Source: Haliotis rufescens (taxonomy: Eukaryota). Taken from it: 64,000 nucleotides of DNA. Of the stretch, positions 27,076 to 41,100 are shown one piece after another. The stretch is taken from NCBI RefSeq assembly GCF_023055435.1, contig NW_025963779.1:59768001-59832000 (forward strand), in the 5' to 3' direction. The notes below the pieces were generated by a model. It saw only the letters and a list, made by a program, of their open reading frames with translations. It was not told the DNA's origin and did no database searches. The translations under genes and the position numbers were made by a program. Every line of letters starts with the position of its first letter. Within the stretch, counting starts at the first letter, position 1.

Positions 27076-28137
27076 TAACTCTGTCAGAATTTGTCAAAAT
27101 GAAACGGGACTGCGATATGTGTGTCATCAACATGTCGACATCTTCAAGGAACTCAAGGAAGTCAAATGAGCCTTATTCCATGCATGTGCCAACAGTAGCG
27201 TTGTCTGACATTGAAGCAATGTGTAGAGTAGATGCCATGTTGGAAAAGAAATATCGCCAGGGTAATTTTTATACTTATTGTTCTGAAAACTGGCTGGTTT
27301 TCCCCCTTGGCTTGGACAGGACCAAGGCTTGATTCATTAGCTAAAATAGCGACTGCACCATTTTGTGGTTGTATGTATTTACGGTGGACAGAGGAATGTA
27401 GTGCACACAACCTGTGAAGTATTGGAGCATCCACAGACTATTCACTGGTGTAAACTCAGAGGTTGTCTGAACATCTGGTTTACAGTGGACTTTTGCTTCT
27501 CAATGTAAGAGTCAACGGCAGTATGCTATTTCTTGTTACTTTCATTTGCTGAAATAAGTTGAAACCACTGTTTGACATGTTAAAAACATATTGTGGTCAT
27601 TTCAAAGTGCTATTTTCCGATGTACTATTTTTTTCATGTGGTTATTTGTTTTGCTTAAGAAGCAGTCATTTATTTATTCTCCCCTGCTGTAAAGTGTACA
27701 TATTTACTGTGATGTGTTTTGTACAGGTCATCTTATCTTTGTACACTATTTCAACATGTTGCTGACCAGACAGACATCACTGTGGAGACATTCTCTAGGC
27801 ACTTGGCCTACATTGCAGTACTAACAATAAAGGATTTACAGAATTTAACTTTGTTGTTGCTTCTCAAATAAAGATGTTAAAATTCAAAGCAGGGGGGAAT
27901 ATTACGTGCAGTCTCATACAGTAAATAATTCTGCTTTCCAAGCAGAACAGCAGTGTTAGAACTCACTGGTAACACAACCCTGCTAGCCTTTGGCTGCTAT
28001 AATTTTCGCAGGGCTAGTTAAATGCAGAAAAACACAAAACTAACTTTCAGAATTGATTTTCCGGATTTATTCCATGCAGTGGTATAGTTAGTTTTTGTAT
28101 TCACTGAATGAGTAGATGGGATAGGCTAGATCCGAAA

Positions 28138-28603
28138 CAATCTCATTAAAATCAGATCTTCGTTCTCGCTACCGCTAAACAAAGATCTGAGGACATCCCA
28201 TTAAGGGTCACGTCAGAACGACCTTTCATCCGACCAATCAGAGCATCACTTACCAGATTATGAAAGTGAAAGTCGGAATGTGATTTCTAATCATGCAACC
28301 TCCGAACGATAGTTACGGGTTTAACGACTGAATCCATACAATTTAGACCATCTATTAACCATTCCAGAATGTTCTTTTGTTCAGATTTAAAATTTGTAAT
28401 CGAGAATTTGTCAAAATATGTTTCGAAGCGTAGTCGCTAATTTGAAATTTGTGCCTTAAAGCACGAGATAGCTGCCTTCTCATTGGTCATTCCATTGGTC
28501 GGTCAGAGTTCGCTCAAGGTCGGTCTGACGTGACCCGTAATGGGATGTCCTCAGATCTTTGTTTAGAGGTAGCGAGAACTAAGATCTGATTTTAATGAGA
28601 TTG
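28138..28603. mobile_element. Mutator-type MITE (duplicated copy)
   Basis: Same element inside duplication copy 2; TSD gatccgaaa/gatcagaaa. Confidence 0.85.
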
Positions 28604-30190
28604 GATCAGAAAACCCACTGTACCAGCTTTCAGTAAACAAAAAATAAAGTAATGGCTTACTGGCATTCATTAGGGCTAATCCATATTGTATACACCTGGT
28701 AAAAACACTACACCAAACTTGTGTTTATCTTTTGGAAATATAAACTACATGTGACATTGATTTTATATTTCGATACATATCTACGATATATAGTATTAAG
28801 TGGTATTAATTAATTTCATGTGTACCGGTATGTTTTTCCAGTGCTGAATGGCTTATGAAGCAATTGTGTTCAATTTTAACAGTGTAAAGAGTCCTATGTG
28901 GTAGGAACTGTGTATTTAGCACAAGTAGAAGTTGTGTAGCATGATGTATGTAAAGTCCAGGTATGGGGCTTTGATTCATACCAGAAACATTAACATGCAT
29001 AAATGGACCGATACCCTGTGAGGAGCATGTTGATCATCTTCCCGTACCAATGGAGTTAACTAACTGTACAAGTTGTTTCCTACCGAAGTAGGCTGGAATT
29101 TCTGGGCCTCGATGGTAGCGCCACCAGTGGCTTTTACAAGTTATGTCCCTTCTATGTCCCCACAACTGACCATCTTCCTGTGACAAGGAGGTTCGCTGAC
29201 TGTAAAAGTTCAGTTTCCACCCTTGCCAAAATTGACTGGAATTTCTGGACTCAAACGTAGCGCCACCAATGGCTATTATGAGTTATGTCCCTTCTATGTC
29301 CCTCCTATTGACCAATCAGATTCCACCTCTCATATCACTTTCATTTGCTTGAAACAAAATGGTCTCACACTGTCTAGACACACAGTCTTGTGGAAACTGG
29401 ACTTTCGTAGTCAGTTAACGCCCTCGCCTCGGGAAGATATGAATGTTGATATACTACTCAACTTTTGATAGGGATACACCGATATGTCATTCCATTTAAA
29501 TATGCACTTAGCATGTTATAAGAAACGGTTTTGTGTATCATAGAAAGATAAAAAATATCCCTATCAAGAGTGGAGCTGTATATATTCCACTGTTCATGCT
29601 ACAGAGTTGCATGTCAGCTATGTGCCAAATACATCACCTTGATATTTCATGGTGAGAATTCATTGAATGATTCATCACGGTATTGAGAATACTTCAAGAT
29701 GAATTCATGAGGCCATTCATATTGTTACTTGGATCATGGAATTATTCAGATGGGATAAAAAAGAAGACGATACGGACACCAAACCAGCAAAGTGTGCCAG
29801 CTCTGGCACCTTGGTTAAACAAAGTTTACTGCCTATATATTCAGCTGAAACAAAACCAATGATCAATTCATATTCTTCACCCAAATCTTTCAATGATCTC
29901 AGTAATAAGGTTGGCCTTATGATGTGAAGAACCTTGAAGGGTAATGAGAGCCTTGTTGTATTGGTTAATATAAATGAATGGTATTTCTATCTGTATGAAA
30001 AAACCTGAAATAAATTTTCAGATGGGATGCCTTTATTTGTCATTTACTTGTATATACTACTTAAAACGAATTTTAGAACACTTGATTTTTTTCATATGAC
30101 TTTAGTATATGAGATGACAGATTAACTAAAGTAATATGAAAAATCGGGTGTTTTTTTACATCTTTTCAGTAGTATATGTAAATGCTATAG

Positions 30191-30467
30191 GTTGGTTGGT
30201 CGGTTGGTTTCTTGTTTAACGCCGCACTCAGCTACATTCCAGCTATATGACGGCAGTCTGTAAATAATCAACTCTGGACCAGAAAATCCAGTGATTGATA
30301 TCATGAGCATCGATCCACGCATTTGGGATCGATGACCGTGCATCAACCAAGTCAGCAAGCCTGACCACCCATTCCTGTTAGTCGCCTTTCACGACAAGCA
30401 TAGTCACCTTTTACGGCAAGCATGGGTTGCTGAAGACCTATTCTACCCCGGATCTTCACGGGTGTAA
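30191..30467 (-). mobile_element. SINE (V-SINE/RUDI-like family) present only in duplication copy 2
   Basis: Reverse complement of the family at 48962-49190; absent at the equivalent site (~23664) in copy 1. Confidence 0.85.
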
Positions 30468-32159
30468 AGGAGCAATAGGAGATAAATATCATGCTGTTTT
30501 CTTGTATTCCCTATCATAAAATGACCTATCATGCACTATGAGATTTGCAGTCAAACATCTATTCCACATAAGACCAAACCATTCATATTATGAAATCATT
30601 TATTCTTTAAAAAAATAGACTTCATGTACAATGAGATATTACAGTGATATCATTTATTCTACACAATACTTTTAAAGCACTGATCAGGTGTAGATCTTCC
30701 AAGCAACAAGATTTACAGCTATCTGCATGCGGATAAATAGGTTCAGCACACTAAACTCACAATACGTTTTTGTGAAAGAAATATATTAAAATAGAATTTG
30801 TGATGAAAAGTTATAAAGAACATTCACACCATCCAAAACATTCTTGGACATCAGCAAAGATAACACTCAAATGTTACAAGTTTACCTACTAGTTTTTTAC
30901 TCTCTTACATAAAATCCTAGTACAACAAACTCAATGACATGCATAGAAATGACAGACACAGATATTCATTGATAGGCAAGCTATGACATTCATGCCAACC
31001 GACTATATTGTTATTGGGGCAATTTGAACCTAGTCAGAAGCTCCTGGCATGGGCAAGGGATGCAATGCTGCAACAACAGCCCTTCATCTCCACAAACAAT
31101 GTTCATGGTACAGCAAGGTACATGGTACAATGGCTGATACTAGTTGCCAAGAAAAACAAAAAACAAACACCCTGACAGATAACAAGGACCAGGATGTGTA
31201 TGAAGTTTTATCCTTAAAACAAAACATTTGATTCCTTTGGTCAAAGAATTATAACAATAAAAACAATCATGATATTATATGCCAAACATTGCATTTGATT
31301 ATGCTTGAAACACATGGGCCACAAGGCTATAGCTCACCCTATATTTACCGCCTCCGTGGTCTAGTGGTAGAGCGTCTGCCCGGAGAGCGGAAGGTCCAGG
31401 GTTCGAGGTACAAAACATAGGTATGAAATTATTCTGTCTGAGAAAAAATTCCCATGACATTAACAAATGAGATTTTTTCAAGACTGAAATATCAGCTAGT
31501 TTTTCCATTGGACATTATTTTTCTGCATTGCTACACCTTGGCAGGGAAACCAGGTATGAGGTTAATTTGATCTTGGTGTTTTACAGATTTCTCTTTATCT
31601 TAGATGTTTGATACAGTTCTGTACAGGTCCTTAATGTAAGTGACTGTCAGGGATGGTTTCAAAAGTCATAACTGCACGAAACTGTCAAAAGAAACAGCTG
31701 CCTTAACTTCATGGCACCCTTCAAATTAATTGATTAAGGCTAATGGTTTCTGTAATAACTTGTACATTGTACAATTCAAATTTAGTTTGCATAATTAAAT
31801 ATCCAATCTGAAACATGCATCATATCCATGTTGACTGTTAGATGTATAACTCTCACGTCACACAATAATGGATATGCCTAAGATATGATTTAGAATAATA
31901 CGATTTTCAAGTTAAAAAAGGTAAAATTTCTCTTGGAAATATTTTCAGTGAGACAGTTGGACATTTGTGACCGGAAATCTCATTAAAATATACATGTATT
32001 TAAATAGTCTTTACATTCACATTATAAATAAGGTGCCTTTGGCAAAGCATATTATGCTTATCATCACTAAAATGGTGAAAAATATATAAACTCAGTTATG
32101 AGATTAAAACCAAATAAATATCAAAATGATATACATTTATTCTTGCATATACTATAAAA

Positions 32160-35100
32160 TCACAGCTCAGTTTTATCACTGTAGTCATCACTGTTTACAA
32201 GCTGCAAAGCTTTCTTGATGAGTTCAACAAACTCTCCTACTTGAACTGTAGTGTCTGACTGTCCATGATAGGGATCGTTTGGGAGTTCTTGGGACAGGTT
32301 GGCGTGCTCGTTGTGCCACTCAAGGTAAGGACCACGGTTCTTCAGAAGTTGACCGAATTCTTTGAAGTTGAGATCAGCCCTGAACGGCACCAGCTGGACA
32401 GTGACGGCACCCGGGGACAGAAAGAGGCCATTCATAAGCCCGGCGCCATTCATGCCAACAAGCACGGAGTACTCCTGCACCTTCTCAATCTGCCGAAAAG
32501 AGACATATCCGAGTCATCCTTGGAATCACAGTTTAATCCTCAATCAGTGTTTGTTGATATTGTTTTTTTGGGGGGGTTGTCAAATTCCAATACGTCAATA
32601 TCAATATATGGTCTTGAATCACAGATGTATTCAATATACATGATATAAATTTTATGAAAAAAGAATTTAAAACAAAACAAAACACATCTGTTTTATGTAA
32701 GTTTTTGTCATTATCCATATTAAAAAAATTAAGATATAACTATTGGGGGTAACTGTGAACTTCCCCCTAACATACAATAGCCTTATTCTCTTGTTAGTAG
32801 TTACCTCCCTTAGCACATGCCAGGAAACAACAAACACCACCTTGAAGCTATCATGACATTACACATTACACTAGAATCAGCCTTGTAAAATCATGGTGAA
32901 TGATATTCTGAATGGAAGAACTTGAAACTGGAATCTCACTTTGACAATAAATCGATTAGGCCATCACAATGCATTTGTCCTTCATCTCCCTTCTCAACTT
33001 CTGCAGTGCTCTGACTACTACTACTACTACTACTACTACTACAACATTTATATGGTGCTGTATGCCATGCATAAGCATGCTCCAGGTGCTTAGACATTAA
33101 TACCCTGGTGAATGGATCATTGTGCACTGAACAGTCATTCCCAGCTCCCTGGGGAGTATACAACCATAGCTGCCAGTGAGGCATTAGAAGGTTAACAACT
33201 ACATTGCCATCTCAACCTACAGGTTCCCTTTCACTGGTTGGACGCACATTTCGAACAAAGTCATTTGCCCAAGGACACACCACATGTGTTACAAGTGCTT
33301 CAGTCTGGGGCAAGACCAAAGCCCAAGAAACACTGAGGAGGCAAGCTGCCAACACACGGTCACCCATTCAAAGACTCTCTGCAACCAACATGGTTTAACG
33401 CTGTAACCTGTGCACAGGACCACGTGCCACTATACTGTTGACAGCAGGAAGGCAAAGGTGTGGAGATTTTCCCAGGAAACGGTCAGAGTGTCATGATTCC
33501 CGCCCAGTGGATCTTGGATTGGAGACACAAATACTGTAAGCCAGTGGTTGTATCTTGCAGTGCACAGATCATGACAGGATGTCAGCAGACGACATTTGTA
33601 TTGCCTGGGATGTTGTGATCTGTTGTCACTATCACAGCTAAGAAACTGTAGGCTGTTGATGTGCAGTCTTGCCTGATCTCCTGATCACCCTACCAAGACG
33701 GAGTGGTGGTCCTGATCACCCTACCAAGACGGAGTGGTGGTCCTGACCACCCTACCAAGACGGAGTGGTGGTCCTGACCACCTTACCGAGACTGAGTTGA
33801 GTAACTCTGTCAGAATTTGTCGAAATGAAACGGGACTGCTATATGTGTGTCATCAACATGTCGACATCTTCTAAAAGCTGGAGGAGGAAATTGATTTCAC
33901 AAGCTTAGTACCCTCTGTGGGACGGACAGACTGACAGATGGACAGAAGGAAAATCAATCAGTCAATGTTTTTGTCTGCTTTCTGGATTTCTTTGCTTAGC
34001 CTGATGTCACATTTGGAGCCCACAAGAGATATGAATATCTCAGCACTAGGGATAGGCTCATGTACCACACTCAAAAAAGGTTTATTCTTGTTGGGTCTGC
34101 CTGACAGGAGAATGAGGCTAGTGTATTCTGGAGGTGCAGTTTTCACAAAAATTACATATGTTCAAGAACTTGTTGTGCTGACAACTGGTCTATTCATCTA
34201 CAGCACAGATATTTGATAGTCACCACTTACCACAAACATGGAGAGAGGAGCCATTTAGTAGAAGTCATAAGGACAAGGAATATCTTTCCTTACAAAACAG
34301 ATTAATACACATGTACAAAGAGAATTAAACTGTCAAAACCTGTTGCTTAAAGCTGAGTCTTGAGAAGTCTACCAGTTCCACATCAGCGATGTTGGACACT
34401 GCCTCAACCAGCTCTCCTTCATTGAGGATTCTGCGACGGTTGGTTCTGAAATGGTTATGACGATATGTCAGCTCATATGATGCGTTGTCTGTCAGTCTGA
34501 GTGAGTGAGTAAGTGAGTTGGGTTTAACGCCGCTTTTAACAGAATTCCAGTCATATCGCGGCGTGTCAGCTTAATGTGGGAGGAAAGCCCGAAGTGATGC
34601 AGGTCTCAGACGTTTACCACTTCGGTGAAACCCACGAGCACGGGTATGGTGCTGACAAACCTAGAAACATAATCAGGGCGAACCGGGATCGAACCCACAA
34701 TCATAGGTTTCTGGAGTGTCCAAGGGACGCAACTCTGCACAGCGAATCGCGGCGCCTTAGACGACTGGGCCACCCGTGCCCCCCTGTCAGTCTTATATTT
34801 TCATTATTTTAGTATAAAGTGTCAGATCACTTGCATGTGCTATCATGGCGAGCAATAGAAAGAGGAAAGCTGTCAGTTTAGATACGAAATTGAGAATTAT
34901 AAATGCTGTTGATGTATATAACGAAAAACGGATATAACGAACTGATTTCTCTGGTCCCTTGTAGTTCGTTATATCCATGTTCTACTGTACATATGAAACA
35001 TATACTGGTACAAGCATGTACATTATAAGCTGTCAACCGATCCCTCGGGGTACATGATGTGATGTATCCAGTGTGTGAGCCTATATACCCCAAGCCGTCA

Positions 35101-38100
35101 TAGAGGCCCATAGACTTTCACACAGGGTACATCACACCATATGCCCTGAGGGATCGGTCCACAACGAATATATCTCACCAACATTCATTCCTACAGACCC
35201 GTAATATATGTCCGAAGTTTCTCCTGGTAAAAAGCTTTGATTCAGCCATGCTGATATCTAGCCGACGACGAAAACGAACCGAGTTAATTCCCTTTATCCA
35301 TTGCATTCAGATAAATAACAGCTGAACGATACTTATGCAAGATAAACAAGTAACCTATGGTTTATTCTGATTGATTTCTCAGCGGGCTACATGAGTGGGC
35401 TACATGGAAAATAATTGCCAGCTCCTTAACCAATCAGAAGCTAGTATTTTAATGTAAGGTGAGATAAGACGTGAATGGATAGCTTCAATCCTAGTAAAGA
35501 GTGACGGATTACCTCTTGATAATACCAACTTTATCCTTTGAGATTTGATGATGTCTTACACCAAGCTCTTCTTTGATGAACTGAACGTAGGGTATAATGA
35601 GGTCTTTGTCCGCACTGGAATACATGGGGGTCTGAAACACAATATTCATGCAAGTCTTTTTCAAACAATTTTATCAAAACTGTTTCAGTTTATTACCATC
35701 AGCTTTAACAGTTCAGTGATAGGTAGTAGAATATTTCAATTCATTCAACATTTTATCAGTTCTTAATAGGGCCTTCTTCTTTATCATTGCCTACTAATCG
35801 GTCGATGGCATGAAAACATTAAGAAATCAGTGACTTACCAGTAAAACACTTAAATTTCTTTATTAAACACATTAATAATTTAGACAAACTTTCAAAAGTC
35901 CTTCATCAAAATAACCCCTTCACAGATTTCCTTTATTTCTGTAGTGTAATGAAGGACTCAGAAACTTAACATAGATAAAATGGAGTAGAACAGTTAGTTG
36001 TATGAAGCTTTCATATGCTCTGTGGTGCATTGGCATTGTTTCTGGAGTGTTATACAGTGGTCCCTCGCTACGAAAGCGCGATTACGAAATGAATGACCGC
36101 CGTGTTGTGACAGCAACTACATGTATGTTACAGTGTCGCCTCAAATTGGATTGCCTACTAATTAAGAATATAAACTTCACTAGTGGTTCTCTTTTATTGC
36201 ATGCATGCGCTTCTAAGATCAAAGGATGTATAGTGTGAAAAGTTAACTAGTTGAACAATCGTATTTCCGGGACTTGCCGCGGATATTTTCAAACAGATTA
36301 TTAGAACCCCATTCAGCGATAAACGGTTGATTATGCAATGAGAAGCGTTATGTGCAAATGAACAACGAACAACAATACAATTATGTCTGTGTAAAACTCT
36401 CAGTATTAAAAGTGTACATAAATTTTGGGAGCCATGCGTTACCGCGCGTAGTAACCGAGGTAGCGCTTTATCGAAGAGCACAATAGTGAGGGATCACTGT
36501 ATTTCTGTTGGTTATTGGAGCACAAGCAAATACCACACAACTAACTTTTGCCAGACAAGTTTCATTTCATCCTTTCCTGTCCTTATCAAATACAATACTA
36601 TTTATATACATCTTTGATTTTAACCAAACACATAATGTTTATGGTCATCATGCTCTCACAAAATGCCTAGTCATAATGTTGGGCAATGTGATGAGGTAAC
36701 AAAGATCGGTAAAACTACTCTAATGAAAGCAACTTGACCAATGATGATAGTTCTAGCATGAAATTATACTCGATTCTGATTGGTTATTTAGAGGTATCAA
36801 ATCTCCCAATTGAACTGTCTGACAGATGTTGAATCAAGGCTAACTGATAGAATGTATACTGTACAGGGCAGAAAGTGCTTACAACTTAAAAGGTATATCA
36901 TACTTCTTCCGGACACAGGAGCCAACAGTCCTTGAATTTACAGGTCAAACCATATTTTACTATTCAAAATCTGGTTGTACTGGCGGAGAAACACTGATAT
37001 GGTACTCATTGTCATACGAACCCCAAAGTTTATGGTCTTGAAACATATGTTTCCTTGGCTCTTTTGTATCCTGTCATCCAGAGGTAGGAGAGTGTGTGAG
37101 GAGGCCAGCACCTGCAACATCAGCATCACACTGGTCACACAGGTCATTATTACCATCATATCTGTGAAAAGTAGAGCCATACATCTCTGTAGAATTCTAC
37201 TTGTGTGAGTAAGTTTATCTCCCAATCGAACTGTCTGACAGATGCAGAAAATCCTTAAGTAATGCTCGTCTTAGACCTTTAGCACTTTGGTAAAACCCAT
37301 GAGCACTAGCTGGTATGGCGCTTACAAACCTAGAAACATAATCCAGGAGGTCTGGGATTCTAATACATGATTTCAGGTTTCTGGCACAGCAAATTGTTGC
37401 ACCTCTTCATTGGTAGACAAGAAAATGTCTATAGGCTTCTACACAACAGAGGATTCTACACAATAGCCTCACTGCCTCTATGGTGAGGCAGATAAAGCAT
37501 CTGCCCAGAGAGTGGACGGTCTTTGGTTCAATCACCTGGCCATATCACAGCAAAAGATGTTAAAAGATGGTATACTTGTTGTTAGCCTGCCTGGCCCTTG
37601 GCATTAAGGGAATAATACAAGGACTGGTAGGATTAGATTCCATATACTGTGTCTGAGTGCAGTATCTAGGCATCTTCCCAAGGCAAGAGGTTAACTGACT
37701 ATAAAAGTCCAGTTTCCACCCTTGCCAAACTATGCTGGATTTATCGAGTTATATTATGGCTGGACTAACGATTCTATGCAAAGTCAAATCAAAATTGCGA
37801 AATGAAATCGACATCCGGTTTGTAAACAAAATGCATTTCAACACGCAGATTTTGGTTGATTGCAGGATTTGCAAAGGATGTGTACCTTTGACTTGGTGTC
37901 GACAGATATTTTTCAAATCGTTTCATGTTTTAATCCAGGTGCTCACATGATTTGATGCACTTTGCGAGGCAAGACCTGTTTTATTACAATCTAGATCTTG
38001 ATCATCGATCAGATTGTCTTGACTGGGTGCCGCCATTTTCTTTGAAGCAAATGCAAGTGATATGAGTGGTGGAATCTAATTGGTCAATAGGAGGAGCGTA

Positions 38101-41100
38101 GAAGGGACATAGCACATAATAGCCACTGGTGGCGCTACGATCAAGCCTCAACACGATCAACATGATATCGCAGTCAAAAAGCACCACATAACTGGTATAA
38201 GTCTGTACTAATACAAGCAGCCACATACACAAATGTGCATGAATGACGCCATAAGACTGCCTCCGTGGTCTAATGGTAGAGCGTCCGCCCGGAGAGCGGA
38301 AGGTCCAGGGTTTGATCCCCGGCCGTGTCATACCAAAAGACATTGAAAGATGGTACTTGTTGTTACCCTGTCTGGCACTTAGTATAAAGGGGCTATTACA
38401 AGGACTGGTCGGCTCGGAGTCAGTATTCTGTGTCTGAGTGGGGTATTCATGTTAAACTGTGGCATGGTATCTCAGTGAGCTAGCACTATAAATCGGCATC
38501 AGTCCGGACTAGTACAAGCAGCCACAAACACATACACATACACGTGCATGCAAATTGCTGTATAAGTACAATAATCTTGGACGCGATGTTAAACCCCATT
38601 TCACCTCACCTTACCATGAAGCTTTATAAGTGTAATAATCTTGAACACAACATTAAAGCCCATTATACTTCAACACACAACAGACCGTCTCCATGGTCTA
38701 GTGGTAGAGCGTTTGATCCCCGGCCGTGTCATACCAATTGACGTTAAAAGATGGTACTTGTTGTTACCCTGTCTGGAACTCGGTATAAAGGGGCTAAAAC
38801 AAGGACTGGTCGGCTCGGAGTCAGTATACTGTGTCTGAGTAGGGTATTCATGTTAAACTGCGGCATGGTATCTCACTGAGCTAGCACTGTAAATTGGCAT
38901 TAGTCTGGACTAGTACAAGCAGACACACACGTGCATGCGCGTTGCTATATAAGTGCAATAATCTTGGACGCGATGTTAATCCCAATTTCACCCCACCTCA
39001 CCTCAACACACAACAAGGAGATTAAACAGCACATCGATAGACATTAATAACTGGCTGCGAAGTGGGCCCAAATTGACTGCAAATCACAATCTGGGAAAAA
39101 AAGACATTTTCAATATGGCTGGCATGAAGGAACAATAGGTTTCACAAACTTATGTTATTGTCAGCAACATATTCCAGTATATAACTACTCACATCATCAG
39201 GGTTCAGCGACCTCCATTGTAACCACCTGATCCTTAGTTTCTGGTTCTTACAACAATCTTGGAGTACTAAGGACCTACACTGTCTCAGAATCCCCACATG
39301 GGGTTAACAAAAATAATTTTATAGCAAACACAGCATGAAAATCCTGTGCAGGATTAAGTGCAGAAATTGCCGGATAATTTGCGATATTACAAGTGTTTAT
39401 GAAAACATGCACTTCCTGTGACATTCCTGTGACACTGGTTCAGACATCGTCAATACTTCACAGCGTTGTATACGCCACGTTCATCCATCCCCTGTGAATA
39501 CATATGGCTGTTTTGCACTATTTTTAAAATCTGCTATGTTCAAGCAACGAATCAAGCCACGGCCTGACTCCAGCGAAAGGGAATATGGGAGTATTACACC
39601 AATGAGCCCTCAGATTACACTGCACAAACAGCAATGTGTTTTGCTTGACATCACATGCTACAGCCTTGTGGTATTTGCTCTACACATCTTCAATGTCAGT
39701 GTAGCCGCCCAAATACACCCTGTGTATAAATGTTTTGCCATTAAAGATTTTACGAGGCATTAATTTTGTCTGTTAAAAAGGGGAGATTACTCTAATTGTT
39801 TGTGACCTAGAAGCAGCATGGCTGAGATTTGAATGTAGATGGGCTGTCTAAGGAGAATGTAGAGTCATGTAGTCATATCAAGTGGCATGTTAAAAAAACT
39901 TTAAGCATTAAAACAATAAGCTTCATTATATGTAAAAAAGCTCAAATATTTATATTTAATGTTCAACTTGTATTTGCATGCCGTGTCATGCTGTCGGCCA
40001 TTACTGCAGTAGAGTAATTTTGCATATTTAACATTGTTGCAGTCAATCTTTATCTCACATTTCCTCAGCTACAGAATAAAGAGAAATGAACTGACATGAA
40101 TTGACTTTTATAGATACAGTCAGGCAATGGTAGGGTTTGCACAAAGTTCCTCTACAGAGTAAGGTTCACATGACTTCCATGCATTATTCATGGATTCTTT
40201 TGATTAGCTGACTGACAGTAGACATACATCTCCACTACAAAGCAATGTTATCATCATAAGGACCAGTGGACTAAAAAACTGTTCGTTTCTACCGCTGCAC
40301 AGCATACCCATTCAGTGTATTCATGGTGATGGAGGAACTTAGTGTATGCACACCCATGAAGTATTGACGATGCTCACTTTGGAATCCTTGTAGAGACCAG
40401 CTTCCTCTCACCTTCAGCATCTGGTACCAGTACTTGGATGTGTCGTGGAATGCTTTTGTCTCCCAGTACATGGCCTAAAACACAGGAGATGGGAAGATCT
40501 AATATGCTTCACACTTTTGAATCTGTTTCTAAATCACAAAGTAAAATATACAATCATGTAGTTTTCTCATATCAAGTTATACCCAAACTGTGGTTAGTCC
40601 TGAAGCTTGTGAGTACAAGTGACACTTTGGGGGACCCTGGCAGAATCATCTCCAATCTCATTAAATTCAGATCTTAGTTCTCGCTACCGCTGAACATAGA
40701 TCTGCGGACATCCCATTACGGGTCACGTCAGAACGACCTTTCATCCAACCAATCAGAGCGTCGCTTACCAGATCATGAAAATGACAGTCGGAATGTGTTT
40801 TCTAATCATGCAACCTCAAAATATTTATCCAAGGGTATTCCAAACGACAGAAACAGGTTTTAGGAATTATATCCATACAATCTAGGACATCTATAAGTCA
40901 TTTCAGAATGTTCTTTGATCAGTTTTAATTTTTGCATTCGAGAATACGTCAAAATGTGTTTCAAAGCGTAGTCGCCAGTTTGAAATTAGTGTCGTAAAGC
41001 TCGAGAAAGCTGCCTTCTGATTGGCTAATGTCGATTTCTTGTCAGTCATATCATTGGTCAGTCAAAGTTTGCGATAGGTCCTTTTGACGTGACCCATAAT

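Larger units (their letters stand above)
20647..27145. repeat. Tandem segmental duplication, copy 1
   Basis: Near-identical to 27150-33871 from aactcaaggaagtc to catgtcgacatcttc; the ORF track shows duplicated ORF pairs. Confidence 0.95.
27150..33871. repeat. Tandem segmental duplication, copy 2
   Basis: Homologous to 20647-27145. It differs by scattered SNPs and small indels, an extra SINE (30191-30467) and a shorter VNTR. Confidence 0.95.
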
